A DNA stretch of 62,559 bases, filler included, from Globobulimina sp. (taxonomy: Eukaryota): NCBI GenBank assembly GCA_003354225.1. It is 43 parts of 43 records of this genome, joined end to end, with 100 filler letters (N's around TTAATTAATTAA, not from the genome) between each part and the next. Parts side by side here need not be neighbours in the genome. Positions count along the whole stretch, not along the records: positions 26,242 to 27,598 come from PIVH01018017.1; positions 27,699 to 29,055 come from PIVH01018018.1; positions 29,156 to 30,512 come from PIVH01018019.1; positions 30,613 to 31,969 come from PIVH01018020.1; positions 32,070 to 33,426 come from PIVH01018021.1; positions 33,527 to 34,883 come from PIVH01018022.1; positions 34,984 to 36,340 come from PIVH01018023.1; positions 36,441 to 37,797 come from PIVH01018024.1; 35 more parts are not named here. One strand, written 5' to 3'. Below the pieces are notes generated by a model. The model ran no database searches and was not told the DNA's origin. It saw only the letters and a list, made by a program, of their open reading frames with translations. Position numbers and translations under genes: made by a program. Positions within the stretch are counted from its first letter, which is position 1. The number at the start of each line of letters is the position of its first letter. Shown here piece by piece: positions 26,242 to 38,262 of this stretch.

Positions 26242-27279
26242 GATTAGAAATGTTTTTCATATGTTCTGTGTCGAGCAGTTTTTCTACTTTTTTCACACTG
26301 CATTGATAATCAAATATTGGTAATTTATCAATTATTTCTGCTTTAAAATGGCTAAAATGTGGTTTTATATACCATTCATCATCTTGTTTATCTTCATAAT
26401 AAAATGTATAAATATCACCAAATTGATGGTTATCACATTCTGATTTGATCTCATTTTCTCTGTAAAACTTTGTATATTTGTGGTATATCTTGATTTCCTT
26501 TCAATATGTTGCAATAATTGTGATTTATCATTGATTAATCGGTGAATATATTGCATTTCATGGTCAATGTACATTGAGGTCTCGTTAATGGACTGAGTTG
26601 ACTCTGTTTGCATACTCAACTTTGCAATCTTAAATCCAGTATCATAGGAATGGAGGAAATGGCAATGGATTTTATTCATCAAATTGATATAAAATAATAA
26701 ATGAGAATTGACTTTGTCTTTATTATTTTTTGTTTCTTTTTCTCTGTTTTTGTGATAATTAACATATTGATAACATGTATTAATGTCACATTGTATTTCT
26801 TTACTAATTTCATCAAATATTATTTTAAATGATTCATTGCTTTTCGCTTCGTTACCATTTAAATGATGATATATAATATGACCATAGTCATTGAGTATAT
26901 GTTTATATTTTGTAAAATATGTCATTAATATATCATCGTTATCATTATTTTTAAAGAAGTTCAGAGCTAAACATAACCTTTTCAATGACGGACATGTTTT
27001 AATTAAATAACATCCATCAACAAAATATTCTTCTTCCTCCAACATTTTTGCTTGATATTCACCTAAATTTATAGGCTCTTCATTTGGTTTTGACTGCGGA
27101 TCAGGTCTTGTTGGCCACCATTCCTTTATTTCTCTATATGTCCATGAATGATTCTCATATTTACAAAAATTAACCAGCTGGCTTACGCTGTGTGGTGCAT
27201 GACCTACTTTAGAAATATAATCAAGTTGAATATCATCTAACGAAGCTTTTTCATTTTTAGCTTCTTTTTTGTGTGACAT
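26242..27279 (-). pseudogene. N-terminal part of probable ART-like family member with frameshift near 26455
   Basis: CPSLKRL..ILNDYGHII..CDINTC..IHCHFLHSYDTGFK; second frame continues QFGDIYTFYY..WYIKPHFSHFKAEI to the contig edge. Confidence 0.5.
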
Positions 27280-27971
27280 TATGTACTCAGCAAAGTGATC
27301 ATGAAGTAAAACTTTGAGGTGTTTTTTTGACAGATAAATGTTTACAGCTTGCTTTGTTTATAATTATTTCCACTCCTCGAGCTCCAAATATCATGGAACA
27401 AATCATCGTTTATGTCGTCCAAAGATTGAACTACTTTGTCAGCAATAATGAACTGTGGATTATGTGATGGATAATCAATAGGAATGCTAGATAAAATTAA
27501 TCCAAATTATTTTAGTTTTACTATAGAATCTATGTAGATTTAGTACCTTATCCTCCTGGGTAAAAAAGCAAACGAAGTGTAACGTAGTTGCTTTACTANN
27601 NNNNNNNNNNNNNNNNNNNNNNNNNNNNNNNNNNNNNNNNNNTTAATTAATTAANNNNNNNNNNNNNNNNNNNNNNNNNNNNNNNNNNNNNNNNNNNNAT
27701 ATATTAAATGAGATCATGTTTTTATCAAATCATTGCTTTTGTGCATATCCAATGTTCATCAACATATATATAGTTGTTGGAATATCATTTATTAGTAAAT
27801 AGTAACACTTTTTGTGTGATGTGATTGCTTTGTGTATGCTTTTTGAGAATGTAGGTCTGTGATAAACACGTACTTTTCATTGCGATGTGCTTTGTCTCTG
27901 AGAATCTAATTAATTAATCCGACTCCGCCAAAAAATCATGTTCAAATACAGTAAACTGTAGAGTTTTAGCC

Positions 27972-29055
27972 ATGTCAGCCGCCAAAAACTGGATCATGTG
28001 CCTGATGATTATAAATTCGTTCCCCAACATGTTGTTGACTATGAATAACGTCGCATGCACGAGTTATTACGAAACACCAATTAATATCGCACTCAATTAC
28101 CAGATTGGAACCATAATTATCAGACCCATATTAGAGATATCATTTAATTTAGAACTACATGCTCAATGCACTGGATACTGTCATATATTTTCAATTCAAG
28201 ACAGATTCCCATTAATATACACCCGTAACAACGAATTATTAATCGAATATAAATACTCTGAGGAGCTCAGATACCGATATCGATCAACTTCTTATGAATA
28301 TTCATTACTGACAAATGGAAATGCGCATCATTTATATTTGAAATTTTCTCAAAATGAAAGGGTTATTATCATAGACAGTACTGTCGTTCATTCAGATGAT
28401 GCATTTTATAGTCAATATGCGCTCAATCAGCAGAAGAATATTACTGCGGTTTGGGCTGGTCCAAATCAACATGTTTATCAGGGCACTATTTCCGATCTAT
28501 GCATCAAATCATTAAATCCCACTGCAATGCCAACGACATCACCAACGAATCCAACATTTTTCCCAACTTCAACACCAACACAAATGCCTTCAACATTTCA
28601 CCCAACATTTAACCCAACATTTAACCCAACATTTTTTCCAACAATATTTCCATCCATGTTTCCAACATTTTATCCAACATTTAATCCAACTCTAATTCCT
28701 TCTAATTCTCCAACATTTTTGCCAACAAAAACTACCATAAATCCGACGATAAATCCGACATTTAGTCCCACAATGCATCCATCATTGGCTGCATCAATGA
28801 GTCCAACATTGACACCGACATTCAATGAGGATGTGGTGATAGACGCAACGACCACATATTATGTCAGTTATACAGATTCTAATCAGGATAACAAACATAA
28901 TGATAGTTTCAGTAACGTACTGATAGCAATCTTTTGTGTGATTGCTTTGCTCATTGTTATGCTTATAATTATTGTATTAATTATTTGTAAAAAACGGCAT
29001 GATCAACGATTTAAAATTACAGCATTGGAACTGTCAAACCGTGCAAGCCATAATG
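27972..29055 (+). CDS. Type I membrane protein, beta-rich ectodomain plus PT-repeat stalk (3' partial)
   Basis: Signal-like N-terminus, (PTxx)n, TM, KKR. Confidence 0.75.
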
Positions 29056-29155
29056 NNNNNNNNNNNNNNNNNNNNNNNNNNNNNNNNNNNNNNNNNNNNT
29101 TAATTAATTAANNNNNNNNNNNNNNNNNNNNNNNNNNNNNNNNNNNNNNNNNNNN

Positions 29156-30512
29156 CATTTTACCGGTCCTCACAATTAGCGGTGATTGATGACAATATTT
29201 TATTATTATCTCACCAAAACCAGAACAGTTTTTCAATATACACAAGTATTACAGATTCAATATCAATTAGTTTCGAAGACACTGAGATAGCTGATACAAT
29301 ATGGCCATCCGATGGATTTGATATTAAATATCGTGTAAATGACTTTACAAACTCAACCAAAACATTTTATTTTATCGTATTTCAATGCAATGACACATCG
29401 TATCCTATCAATATAAAAATCACATTGAATGTCACAAAAGATCAATGTATCTGTAACCAATCTAGTTATGGTTGCCATAGCTGTTATAATCAACGTTTCG
29501 ATCTAGAAATGTATATGACATTGGCAGACAGTAATATTGATCAACTTGTGTTCATGCCAATATTTGATGCCGTTCACAATAACTTGAGCTCGCAGCCTCT
29601 AATCATACCTAAAATTATTAGCATGCAACTTGAGAGATGTGTAATAAGTATGAATACTCCAACTCAAGTGACTACAAACAATGATTCATCAATATATTTA
29701 TATTTTGATTTAACAGCCAATTGTTACACCAGAATCAATAGTGATTTCTCAGTGGATATCAGTGCTCCGTTGGTAAATGTGTCACAAATTCTAACCATTA
29801 CTATTATCGATAATATTACAAATTTATGTGTCATTTGTCCATCTGAGAGAATATCAGAAAATGAGTGTGTGATTTGCGTTGGGAATAGTTTTATTATTCA
29901 GCATGATGTTGAAGGACTCTCTGATTTAAAGTTTTTCGTATCATTTGTATCAAAGACAATTGATTTGAGAGTAGTATCTAATGGGAATAACACAATACAA
30001 TTTTACAACGACACACCCAAAACGTATATAAACATTAATAAAAATCGGTGGTATTTAACCATCTTATTGCCAATATCACTGTTTATAGTTTGTATGATTG
30101 TATGTATTGTTTGCTTATTCATAAAGCGGAGACAATACAAAAATGCATTTTTTGTCGATAAAGCAGTGGTTTTAATCATCGGAATATGCCAATTTGACGC
30201 CAAAAAAATGTTCTTAGCTGGAGTTAAACGGTGTGTCTATGATTTAGCGAATATGTGGAGAAATTCGTATGGTTATGAGGTGGAAATATGCAATGAGGAC
30301 ACATTGTATTGTACTAAGCAAGATGTGATTGATTTTATTGACAAACACTTATTGAAATTGAAAGACAACATTAAATCAGTAATAATTCATCTTTTGTCAC
30401 ATGGCACACCGGATTCATTGACAACGTCAGATTTGAAAGATATTTATCTGGAATTTTTCAAACACGAAGCGAATGAAGCAGCAAACAACAAATTAATAAA
30501 ATTAATATTCCA
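29156..30512 (+). CDS. Single-pass membrane protein with cytoplasmic caspase-like (C14) domain (internal fragment)
   Basis: Cys/N-glycan-rich ectodomain, TM, KRR, then KAVVLIIGICQF..LAGV..YGYEV..IIHLLSHG. Confidence 0.75.
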
Positions 30513-30776
30513 NNNNNNNNNNNNNNNNNNNNNNNNNNNNNNNNNNNNNNNNNNNNTTAATTAATTAANNNNNNNNNNNNNNNNNNNNNNNNNNNNNNNN
30601 NNNNNNNNNNNNTATGGGGTATTAAATTGTAAATAATATGGCATTGATATCGCAAATATTATAGCATCGATATCGCAAAATATAATTATAATACCATTGC
30701 TTCTTCAAACCGTGGTGGTTTACATCACCACAAAATTCATCCATTCCATAAAATCCAAATCCATTCCATAATGCTT

Positions 30777-30850
30777 TGCTGTCGCCACAGGATTTGAACC
30801 TGTATCTTCTGGATCATTGATCCAGTGCTCTGCTTGAGCTATGCGACCAT
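30777..30850 (-). ncRNA. tRNA-like element copy 1
   Basis: GTCGCA-TA-GCTC AAGCA GAGC-A-CTGGATCA A TGATCCAG-AAGAT-ACAGG TTCAAAT CCTGT-GGCGAC. Confidence 0.7.
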
Positions 30851-31390
30851 TTTTGTTGCATTTGCCATTTTCGATTTTCTATGTGGAGGTTTATTTTTCA
30901 AATGAATTATAAACGATATGGAGAGACAGTAGATGCAATAGAGTGAGGACTTTTAATTAATCCACGCTGCTGGCAAGCAATCCTCGTAGACATAAGTAGA
31001 CTTTAAATGTAAGGGTCTCAAAAAAAACTTAGTTGGGCATTCTCTAATTACTTAGTCAACGTTTTTGTTAGCATCTTCAAGATTATGGACTAACTATCCT
31101 TGCACAAAGATTTTTTTATTACATAAAATAAATCGCATATAACCACAAAAAATGCAAAAATCGCATATATCTACCATATTCATTCCAATTAACTCCATCC
31201 AAATGCAAGTCACAACCATACCAAATAAATAAATATAAATTCCAATTCAACACAATCCAATCAATATCAATCATCATCTAATCCAATTCAATAATATTTT
31301 CTTTCTTTTGTTGTTTGTAATGATGGCCATGTAGAAGGCCATCATATACTTCATTCTTAATACAATTTCATTTCCTTGCTTGTATGTTGT

Positions 31391-31460
31391 TGGAGTTGCC
31401 TCAGGAGTTGAACCTGAATCTCTGGACGCATCCAGTGCTCTACTTGAGCTATGCGACAGC
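31391..31460 (-). ncRNA. tRNA-like element copy 2
   Basis: GTCGCA-TA-GCTC AAGTA GAGC-A-CTGGA TGCG TCCAG-AGAT-TCAGG TTCAACT CCTGA-GGCAAC. Confidence 0.7.
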
Positions 31461-32069
31461 ATCGATTGATTGGATGTAAAACGTTGCTGATAATTCCATC
31501 GATCATATAAACAATTAAACATACAATAACACACTGTGTTGGCATGAAAAACAGTATGTAAATGCTATGTTTTTTGAAAAAAACAGTATGGTTAGGCTTG
31601 TTTTTTGCATGGAAAAGTAACACAATTTTACACGTTAAGTTTTCAGCATTTTAAAAATTATACATAAAAATTCATATTGTATCATACCAGTTTGTACACT
31701 GTTCTTTTATTAATTTTTGTTCTCCATTCGTTAAAATAAGATTGTTTCCAGCTTGTACCATCAATTCTGGACGTGTACCAACTGCATTCAGGTTCTGAAA
31801 CAAAAGGGATCGATGACATGATTTTGCAAAAAACAGACTTTTTCAAACAAAAGTGTAGGGTGCGAGTCATTGCAAAACATGGTGTCCCTGCTTATGTTTT
31901 GATATGCACGTGTTTAATAAGTGCAAGTTTTATATTTATTTTGTGATTGGGTTTGTATTTATTGAGTGANNNNNNNNNNNNNNNNNNNNNNNNNNNNNNN
32001 NNNNNNNNNNNNNTTAATTAATTAANNNNNNNNNNNNNNNNNNNNNNNNNNNNNNNNNNNNNNNNNNNN

Positions 32070-33105
32070 TGCTTAACATAACATCACCAGCATGTATATT
32101 CCGCATTGTTTCTTTGTCAGTCAATAATTGAACGCCAACATGATCGCCTGGCTGAGCAATATAAATTGAATTGTGAAAGATCTCCAGGGAGCCTGTAACT
32201 GCTATTTTCTCCATATTTGCCATATGTGGGTATAAATGAACTGGCGTATCTGAGGTCAGTGTGCCTTGTTGAATAGTACCACATGCCACAGTTCCCACAT
32301 TTGTAATATTATATAAATCACGTATCTGCATTCGAAATGGTTTATAAATGGATCTTCGTTTTGGAACTCTGATGGTTTTTTCTAAAGCATCCATCAATGT
32401 GAAACCTGTTATATCGTGCTTTTTGCGTTGAATTTTAAATCCATTATACCACTGCATACAAGCTTTTGTTTGGTGTAATAAATTAAAACCTTTTAAAGCG
32501 CTGATTGGAATATATGCAATTTTGTTTGTGTTATACCCAATTTTGTCTAATATATGATTTGTTTTTTGTTTGATACGGTCAAAACATTGTTTTTGTTCAG
32601 AGTTTGTTCGGAGTGTATCCATTTTATTCAAAACAACAATCATTCGATGGATGCCCAATGCATAACATATTTGTGAATGATGTCTTGTGCCACCAATTAA
32701 AATTTCTTTTTTATAATCATTTTTTTGAATGGATTTATCAAATTCTTTTGGAAAATCTTGTGCTGAAATCACCAGCAAAGCGACATCACAGTGAGCTGCA
32801 GAACATATCATGTTTTTAATATATTTGTGATGTCCCGGAGCATCAAATATTGAATAAAAATATGAATTTGTGGCGAGTTCGACAGCAGGAGTTGAATGAA
32901 TACTATGTCCGGCTTGCTTTTCTAGGACTGTTTTATGCATATAATCTGCAAAGGTATTCTTTCTTTGACCTGTGTCTTGTTCATCTACATGATGATCTTT
33001 CCATTTTCCTAATTCAAACAATATTCTACCAATGGTGCTTGATTTGCCTGATTTAAAATGGCCAATGGTAACTAAGTTCAGTCGACGTTTTGATGCTCCG
33101 GACAT
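32070..33105 (-). CDS. Divergent EFL/EF-1alpha-family GTPase (3' partial)
   Basis: GHFKSGKSST, DAPGH, NKMD, PISA, KPFRMQI, PGDHVG; EFL-type insert before TRHH. Confidence 0.85.
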
Positions 33106-33611
33106 GATTGAATGAGATTGTTGAGCGAAAACTTTTTGACATTTAAGATCTTAAACATGTACAAATTTGGGTCGATTAACTAAGTTCAACAAAGACGCAA
33201 CGAACCCAAATAAACTTATATTGATGAACAACAGCAAAAACAAGTAAACAACAAAACGGATGAATGACATGCAGCTTATCTCGGAATTTTTTTTTGTGAT
33301 AATTATTTTAGAGGAGAATCATCAATACCTTGCTCAATGTAAAACATATCACCAACAGCATCAACTTCCACAATAAAATAGCAATCACCTTAGGGAAAAT
33401 ATTTTGCATTTTCAAGCTCATATTGTNNNNNNNNNNNNNNNNNNNNNNNNNNNNNNNNNNNNNNNNNNNNTTAATTAATTAANNNNNNNNNNNNNNNNNN
33501 NNNNNNNNNNNNNNNNNNNNNNNNNNCTGCCAGCAGGTGCAGGCTGGCAACAGCAGCAGCAGCAGCTGACTGCAGCTGCCTGGCTGATAGCTGGGGCAGC
33601 AGCGGCTGCCC

Positions 33612-34833
33612 TAGCCAACACATTGGCTGCTTATATTGGTCGCATCCAGGCACCGCATACGCCCACGAACCGCAGCCATTGGTTTTGTTGCAAAGCGCCC
33701 AACAGAGATTATAATCCGCTGCGTTTAACACGATGGGATAACCACTCATATCGCTGCCGGACCGATCCACTCCAACTTGCGGCCCCGTGTCTGGCTGACC
33801 CGATGTGTTATATTGCCCCAAACCAAATGTCCGTAATCCAAAATATGCCGTCACTTTCTCATCACTGCCATCCAAAGCAATCTCCAAATCGTATAAAAAC
33901 GGAGATTTATAGTCCCATAATTTAGGAGAACTGATATCGATTCTTATCATGCTATTCGCCGCACCTTTGGCGGTACCAACCGCTCGATTTGTGGTTGGAT
34001 CTGTCGCAGTGAGTGATATTGCTGCAGAAGGACTGCCGGACACTGTCACATTCACCGTAACAGAGCTCAATGTCGGATACAATTTGTAAGAGGAAATGAA
34101 CATTTTTGGATCATTCACCACTTCCAACCACACCGTCTGCCAAATGCCTGATGACGGCGTATACGTATCTCCACCTGTCCAATTTCAATATTTTCAGCGT
34201 TTTAAATCAACAAAAAGCACACAAACCTGGTCGGGTGATGGCAGATATTCGCTGTTTGCCGTTTGGCTGAAAACCAGCATCTGATGGATCGTAGACGTTG
34301 ACTGTCAATTCGTTGTTGGAAGCTTGAATCAACGAAGTAATGTCATATGTAAATGAATCATAGCCGCCCGTATGCTGGGCGCCAACGGATCGGCCATTTA
34401 AAGTGACAGAGGTTTGCCAATCCACTGCACCGAATTGTAGCAGCACGCGTGTTTTTGCACTGTCTCTGTTTGCGAAATCTGCGAATGTGGTTTTATATGT
34501 TAAATGTTTATATGTTTTGCCAATGCCTGATAAGCATGATTCCGCTGGGAAGGGAACTAATATTTGCGTTGCGAATGGCTGGTATGGATCATATGGTAAT
34601 GGTCCTTGTGTGTCTTCGTTGGTTGTACCATTAAAATCCCATAAACCGTTTAAATTTTTCCATGACGAACTGTCACTGCGTATCATTTGGGGGCGTGGAT
34701 ATTCTGGCAATACGTTGTTTGGTGTGACTGTTTTGCCCCATTGAGTCATTTGATCCGTATCGAAACCACATCGGGTTGGTGCCCATTGGCCATATGTGCC
34801 AACTAACACAACAGCTAAAGGAAGAAGCGACAT
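33612..34833 (-). CDS. Secreted glycoside hydrolase family 2, 5' part, with PAN/apple-like insert; intron 34175-34226
   Basis: EYPRPQM..WKNLNGLWDF..ILVPFPAESCLSG..LQFGAVDW..HTGGY..QPNGKQ..SGIWQTVWLE. Confidence 0.9.
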
Positions 34834-35143
34834 CTGAATTGGTGTTTGTGAAGGTATATTCAAAAAGATAACCCCCCCACCTGNNNNNNNNNNNNNNNNN
34901 NNNNNNNNNNNNNNNNNNNNNNNNNNNTTAATTAATTAANNNNNNNNNNNNNNNNNNNNNNNNNNNNNNNNNNNNNNNNNNNNTTAATCTGGCATTATAC
35001 ATAAATCATATTCATATTTGGTATACACAAAATTACACGGATTGGATATTTAATTTATGGATATTGCCAATTACGTAGTACACAACAAAAAGGCGAAAAA
35101 TAAATGCAAGAACTTGTCAAATATCAACACAAATACTACAGCA

Positions 35144-36148
35144 TTATAAAATGCGTACATTTTGAGTCAATTTTATCTTTGCAATATTTGAACAAAATTC
35201 ATAATTATATCGTGATCGAAATTGTTTTTCATTCCGACATTTAATACAAAGCATTAATGATTGATTCACAAAATTTATTTGCATCAACAATAGCCATTTA
35301 ACTTTGATATTTTCCTTAAAATGCTTCCAATCATAATTCAAAGGCAATTTTATAGCAACAATTTTTAAATTACTGTACCATTTATTGAACAAAAAGTTTA
35401 CTGTGTTTTCAACTTTACAACGGCCGATTTTTAGTCTTAATTTGGATTTATTTTTGTACGTTTCCCCCCATTCTGGATCTAAAAAAATTATATTTATTAA
35501 ACTTAATTTAAAATCATAATCCAAGTAATAATGCAATTTATTTATATTGTGATTATATAAAAAAATATTGTGATTTTTATTTTTATTGTTATATGTTATA
35601 TAATCATTGCTTATCAATGTATTGATATTATTGTTTAACATTTTATATCTTTTATGGTTCGCTTCGTTTATATAAATATTATATTTATTATATTTACATA
35701 AATAATTTAAAAACGAAAAGGTATTTCCCAGTCCAACACATGCCATACCATCCAATATATGCAATCTTCGATTGTTACAATAATAATTCCAACATTTTAA
35801 TAAAATCTCAGTCTCTTTGTCCGCGATACAATGCGATGTTACACTATAAACGGATACATTGTCAAATTCTAATTTTGCTAAAATATCTTTTAATTGATAT
35901 ATTTTGGTGGACATTTTTTTTGATTTTTTAGCATAATTTGTATTATCATATTTATCGTGATACAATGTGCCATAAAAATGACGTCTATTTTTTGTTCGTT
36001 TTTTGAATGGCGGATGTGAATAAGAGCTCGAGTTTGAGTATGAGCGTGAACATGAATATGAGTGGGAGTATGAGTGTGAATCAGAATAGCTATCCCAGTA
36101 ATACTCGTATGATCTATTAACGGAGTAATCATCAGTGTAAAACGACAT
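35144..36148 (-). CDS. RNA cap guanine-N2 methyltransferase (Tgs-like)
   Basis: YSVT..IA, ILDGMACVGLGNTFSF, IIFLDPEWG.YK, IKLPLNYD. Confidence 0.75.
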   Translation of the reverse strand: MSFYTDDYSVNRSYEYYWDSYSDSHSYSHSYSCSRSYSNSSSYSHPPFKKRTKNRRHFYGTLYHDKYDNTNYAKKSKKMSTKIYQLKDILAKLEFDNVSVYSVTSHCIADKETEILLKCWNYYCNNRRLHILDGMACVGLGNTFSFLNYLCKYNKYNIYINEANHKRYKMLNNNINTLISNDYITYNNKNKNHNIFLYNHNINKLHYYLDYDFKLSLINIIFLDPEWGETYKNKSKLRLKIGRCKVENTVNFLFNKWYSNLKIVAIKLPLNYDWKHFKENIKVKWLLLMQINFVNQSLMLCIKCRNEKQFRSRYNYEFCSNIAKIKLTQNVRIL

Positions 36149-36491
36149 GTTGTGCCAGACTGCCAGTGTGTGATCAAAATCTAAATCCGATCACCAAAAA
36201 CCGTGTTCCCTATCGGGACTCTTCTAAAAAATATAAAGTAGCACATTTAATACAATTTAAAATCATATGGAGAATTACATGTGCAGTGCAAGGATAATGT
36301 ATACAATTAAAAAAAAAAAGGTTTTCAAACAGTTCCTATTNNNNNNNNNNNNNNNNNNNNNNNNNNNNNNNNNNNNNNNNNNNNTTAATTAATTAANNNN
36401 NNNNNNNNNNNNNNNNNNNNNNNNNNNNNNNNNNNNNNNNACTTTCTCATCCAAAAAAAAACTTTTTTAAATATTATATCATCCTTCCGTC

Positions 36492-37797
36492 ATGCCAATG
36501 TCAGTTTGTACATACCATATTTGTATCGCACACCTTATTTCATTATTATTACTATTCCACATCTCCCAATCGCAAGCACCTCAAAAAACGGAGATCTTAA
36601 CTCCAACAAACCTAGAAAGCAATGGTGCAAAACTATTATTCCATATCACCGAAGTCACCAAAGACGTGACCAACACCAAATGGAATGTCAACATGGCCTC
36701 ACAATCGAGTTGGCAGTTTATTTTAACCTTAGACAATTCGTGGGGCTTTGACCCCGATATGTACTCATCCATTAAAGTCACCATCAACTCGGATTCAGTG
36801 GCAACTGGACCCTCTACATTCGATTGGTTATTATTTGGCTTTACCAGCAATGACAATAATCAATATTTCAGCACATTAGTTCCAATGGATAACTACCAAT
36901 CAAATCAGATCTATCCCGCCTGCGATACCGCAGCCATACCGCTACAAGAATTCGCCACTGATAATATTGCCTCGATACCGGGCAATGACCGCAGCTGTGA
37001 TATTGCTGGCAATTCGTGTGCAAATTGGCAAGAAATGTTACCCACAAATTATCCCTTACAAAAGAACGGATTTCCAATTTCATTTTTACTCGAAAATGAC
37101 CCTAGAGACAATTCATTAAAATATACCTTCATTTCAGGTAATGTATACCGCCAAAAACAGTTTTTGCTGAATTTTTTATACAAAAAAACACATTTTTATA
37201 CATATCGCATATAATTTCCATATTTTTTAGTATGTTTTTGATGGATTTTAACTACAAATTAACGTAAAAAAAGGCGACTTTACCGATCGTTTCGTGCAAG
37301 AATGTAAATTCGTATCATTTGCAACCAATCGTGGATTAAAATTATATTTCGGTGGCAACGATCCAGGACAGGCATTCACCATTAATTCATTTGAGTTATT
37401 TGCATATTCACAAACTCGGTCACCAACAAACTATCCATCCACATCGCCCACACGTAATCCCACCACGCCGCCCACCACAAAGCCCACCAATAACCCCTCA
37501 AAAACACCCACCAATAATCCGTCCACACCGCCTACAAAATCACCCACCACATTACCTACAAAGTCGCCCACAAACTTACCCACGACCTCTCCCACCAACA
37601 AACCCACCACAAATCCATCCAAATCGCCTCTAAATGCACCAACAATATCACCTACACCGGCACCCTCCAATGCGCCCACACAGCCTCCATCCAATGCACC
37701 TACACAGCCTCCATCCGCTGCTCCATCCGCGCCGCCATCAGAAAATCCAACACCTGCTCCCACAAATATTCCCACTGTCCATCCCACGCCTGCTCCC
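36492..37797 (+). CDS. Secreted/surface protein with PT/PS repeats (3' partial); intron 37138-37273
   Basis: Signal peptide, globular domain, long (PTxx) repeat; splice restores frame. Confidence 0.8.
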
Positions 37798-37897
37798 NNN
37801 NNNNNNNNNNNNNNNNNNNNNNNNNNNNNNNNNNNNNNNNNTTAATTAATTAANNNNNNNNNNNNNNNNNNNNNNNNNNNNNNNNNNNNNNNNNNNN

Positions 37898-38181
37898 TTC
37901 GATTCCTCGACGTGTTGCATAAATTCTTGCGTTTTTAACAATGAATTCAATATTTTCGTATTTTGTTTCATCAAATTACCTTTCAATAACTCGCCCAATT
38001 TTTGATGTTTATAAATATTCGATGTATTTTTCAACACAGCGCCTAACAAAGTTGTTAATGATCCCAAAGTTTGGTATTTTTCATAAACAGACAAAGCGAC
38101 CGGCAAATCATCGCAATCATTCTTGTTTGGATCAAAAAATAAAATGCCATCTGCAGCTTTTTTTTCATCATCCAAATCCAA
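37898..38181 (-). CDS. Hypothetical protein N-terminus
   Basis: ATG and open frame to contig edge. Confidence 0.45.
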
Positions 38182-38262
38182 GTCAGCTGCAGCTTCAACA
38201 CCTAATTATATCAACAAAATGTAATGAATTAATATAATAATTACCAATTTGCAGTTTAATAC

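Noticed and set aside
30777-30850. Ordinary tRNA-Ile(AAT)
   Set aside because: C at position 33, loop bases pair with each other, D-loop lacks GG, and sister copies have 4- and 8-nt loops
31274-31623. Short ORFs over the tRNA-like copies (also 51134-51365)
   Set aside because: Their similarity comes only from the shared RNA-like element; no protein features
37431-37787. Gly/Val-rich antisense ORF (and similar ones at 5777-6115, 8996-9241, 28670-28855)
   Set aside because: Shadow frames of low-complexity coding repeats on the other strand
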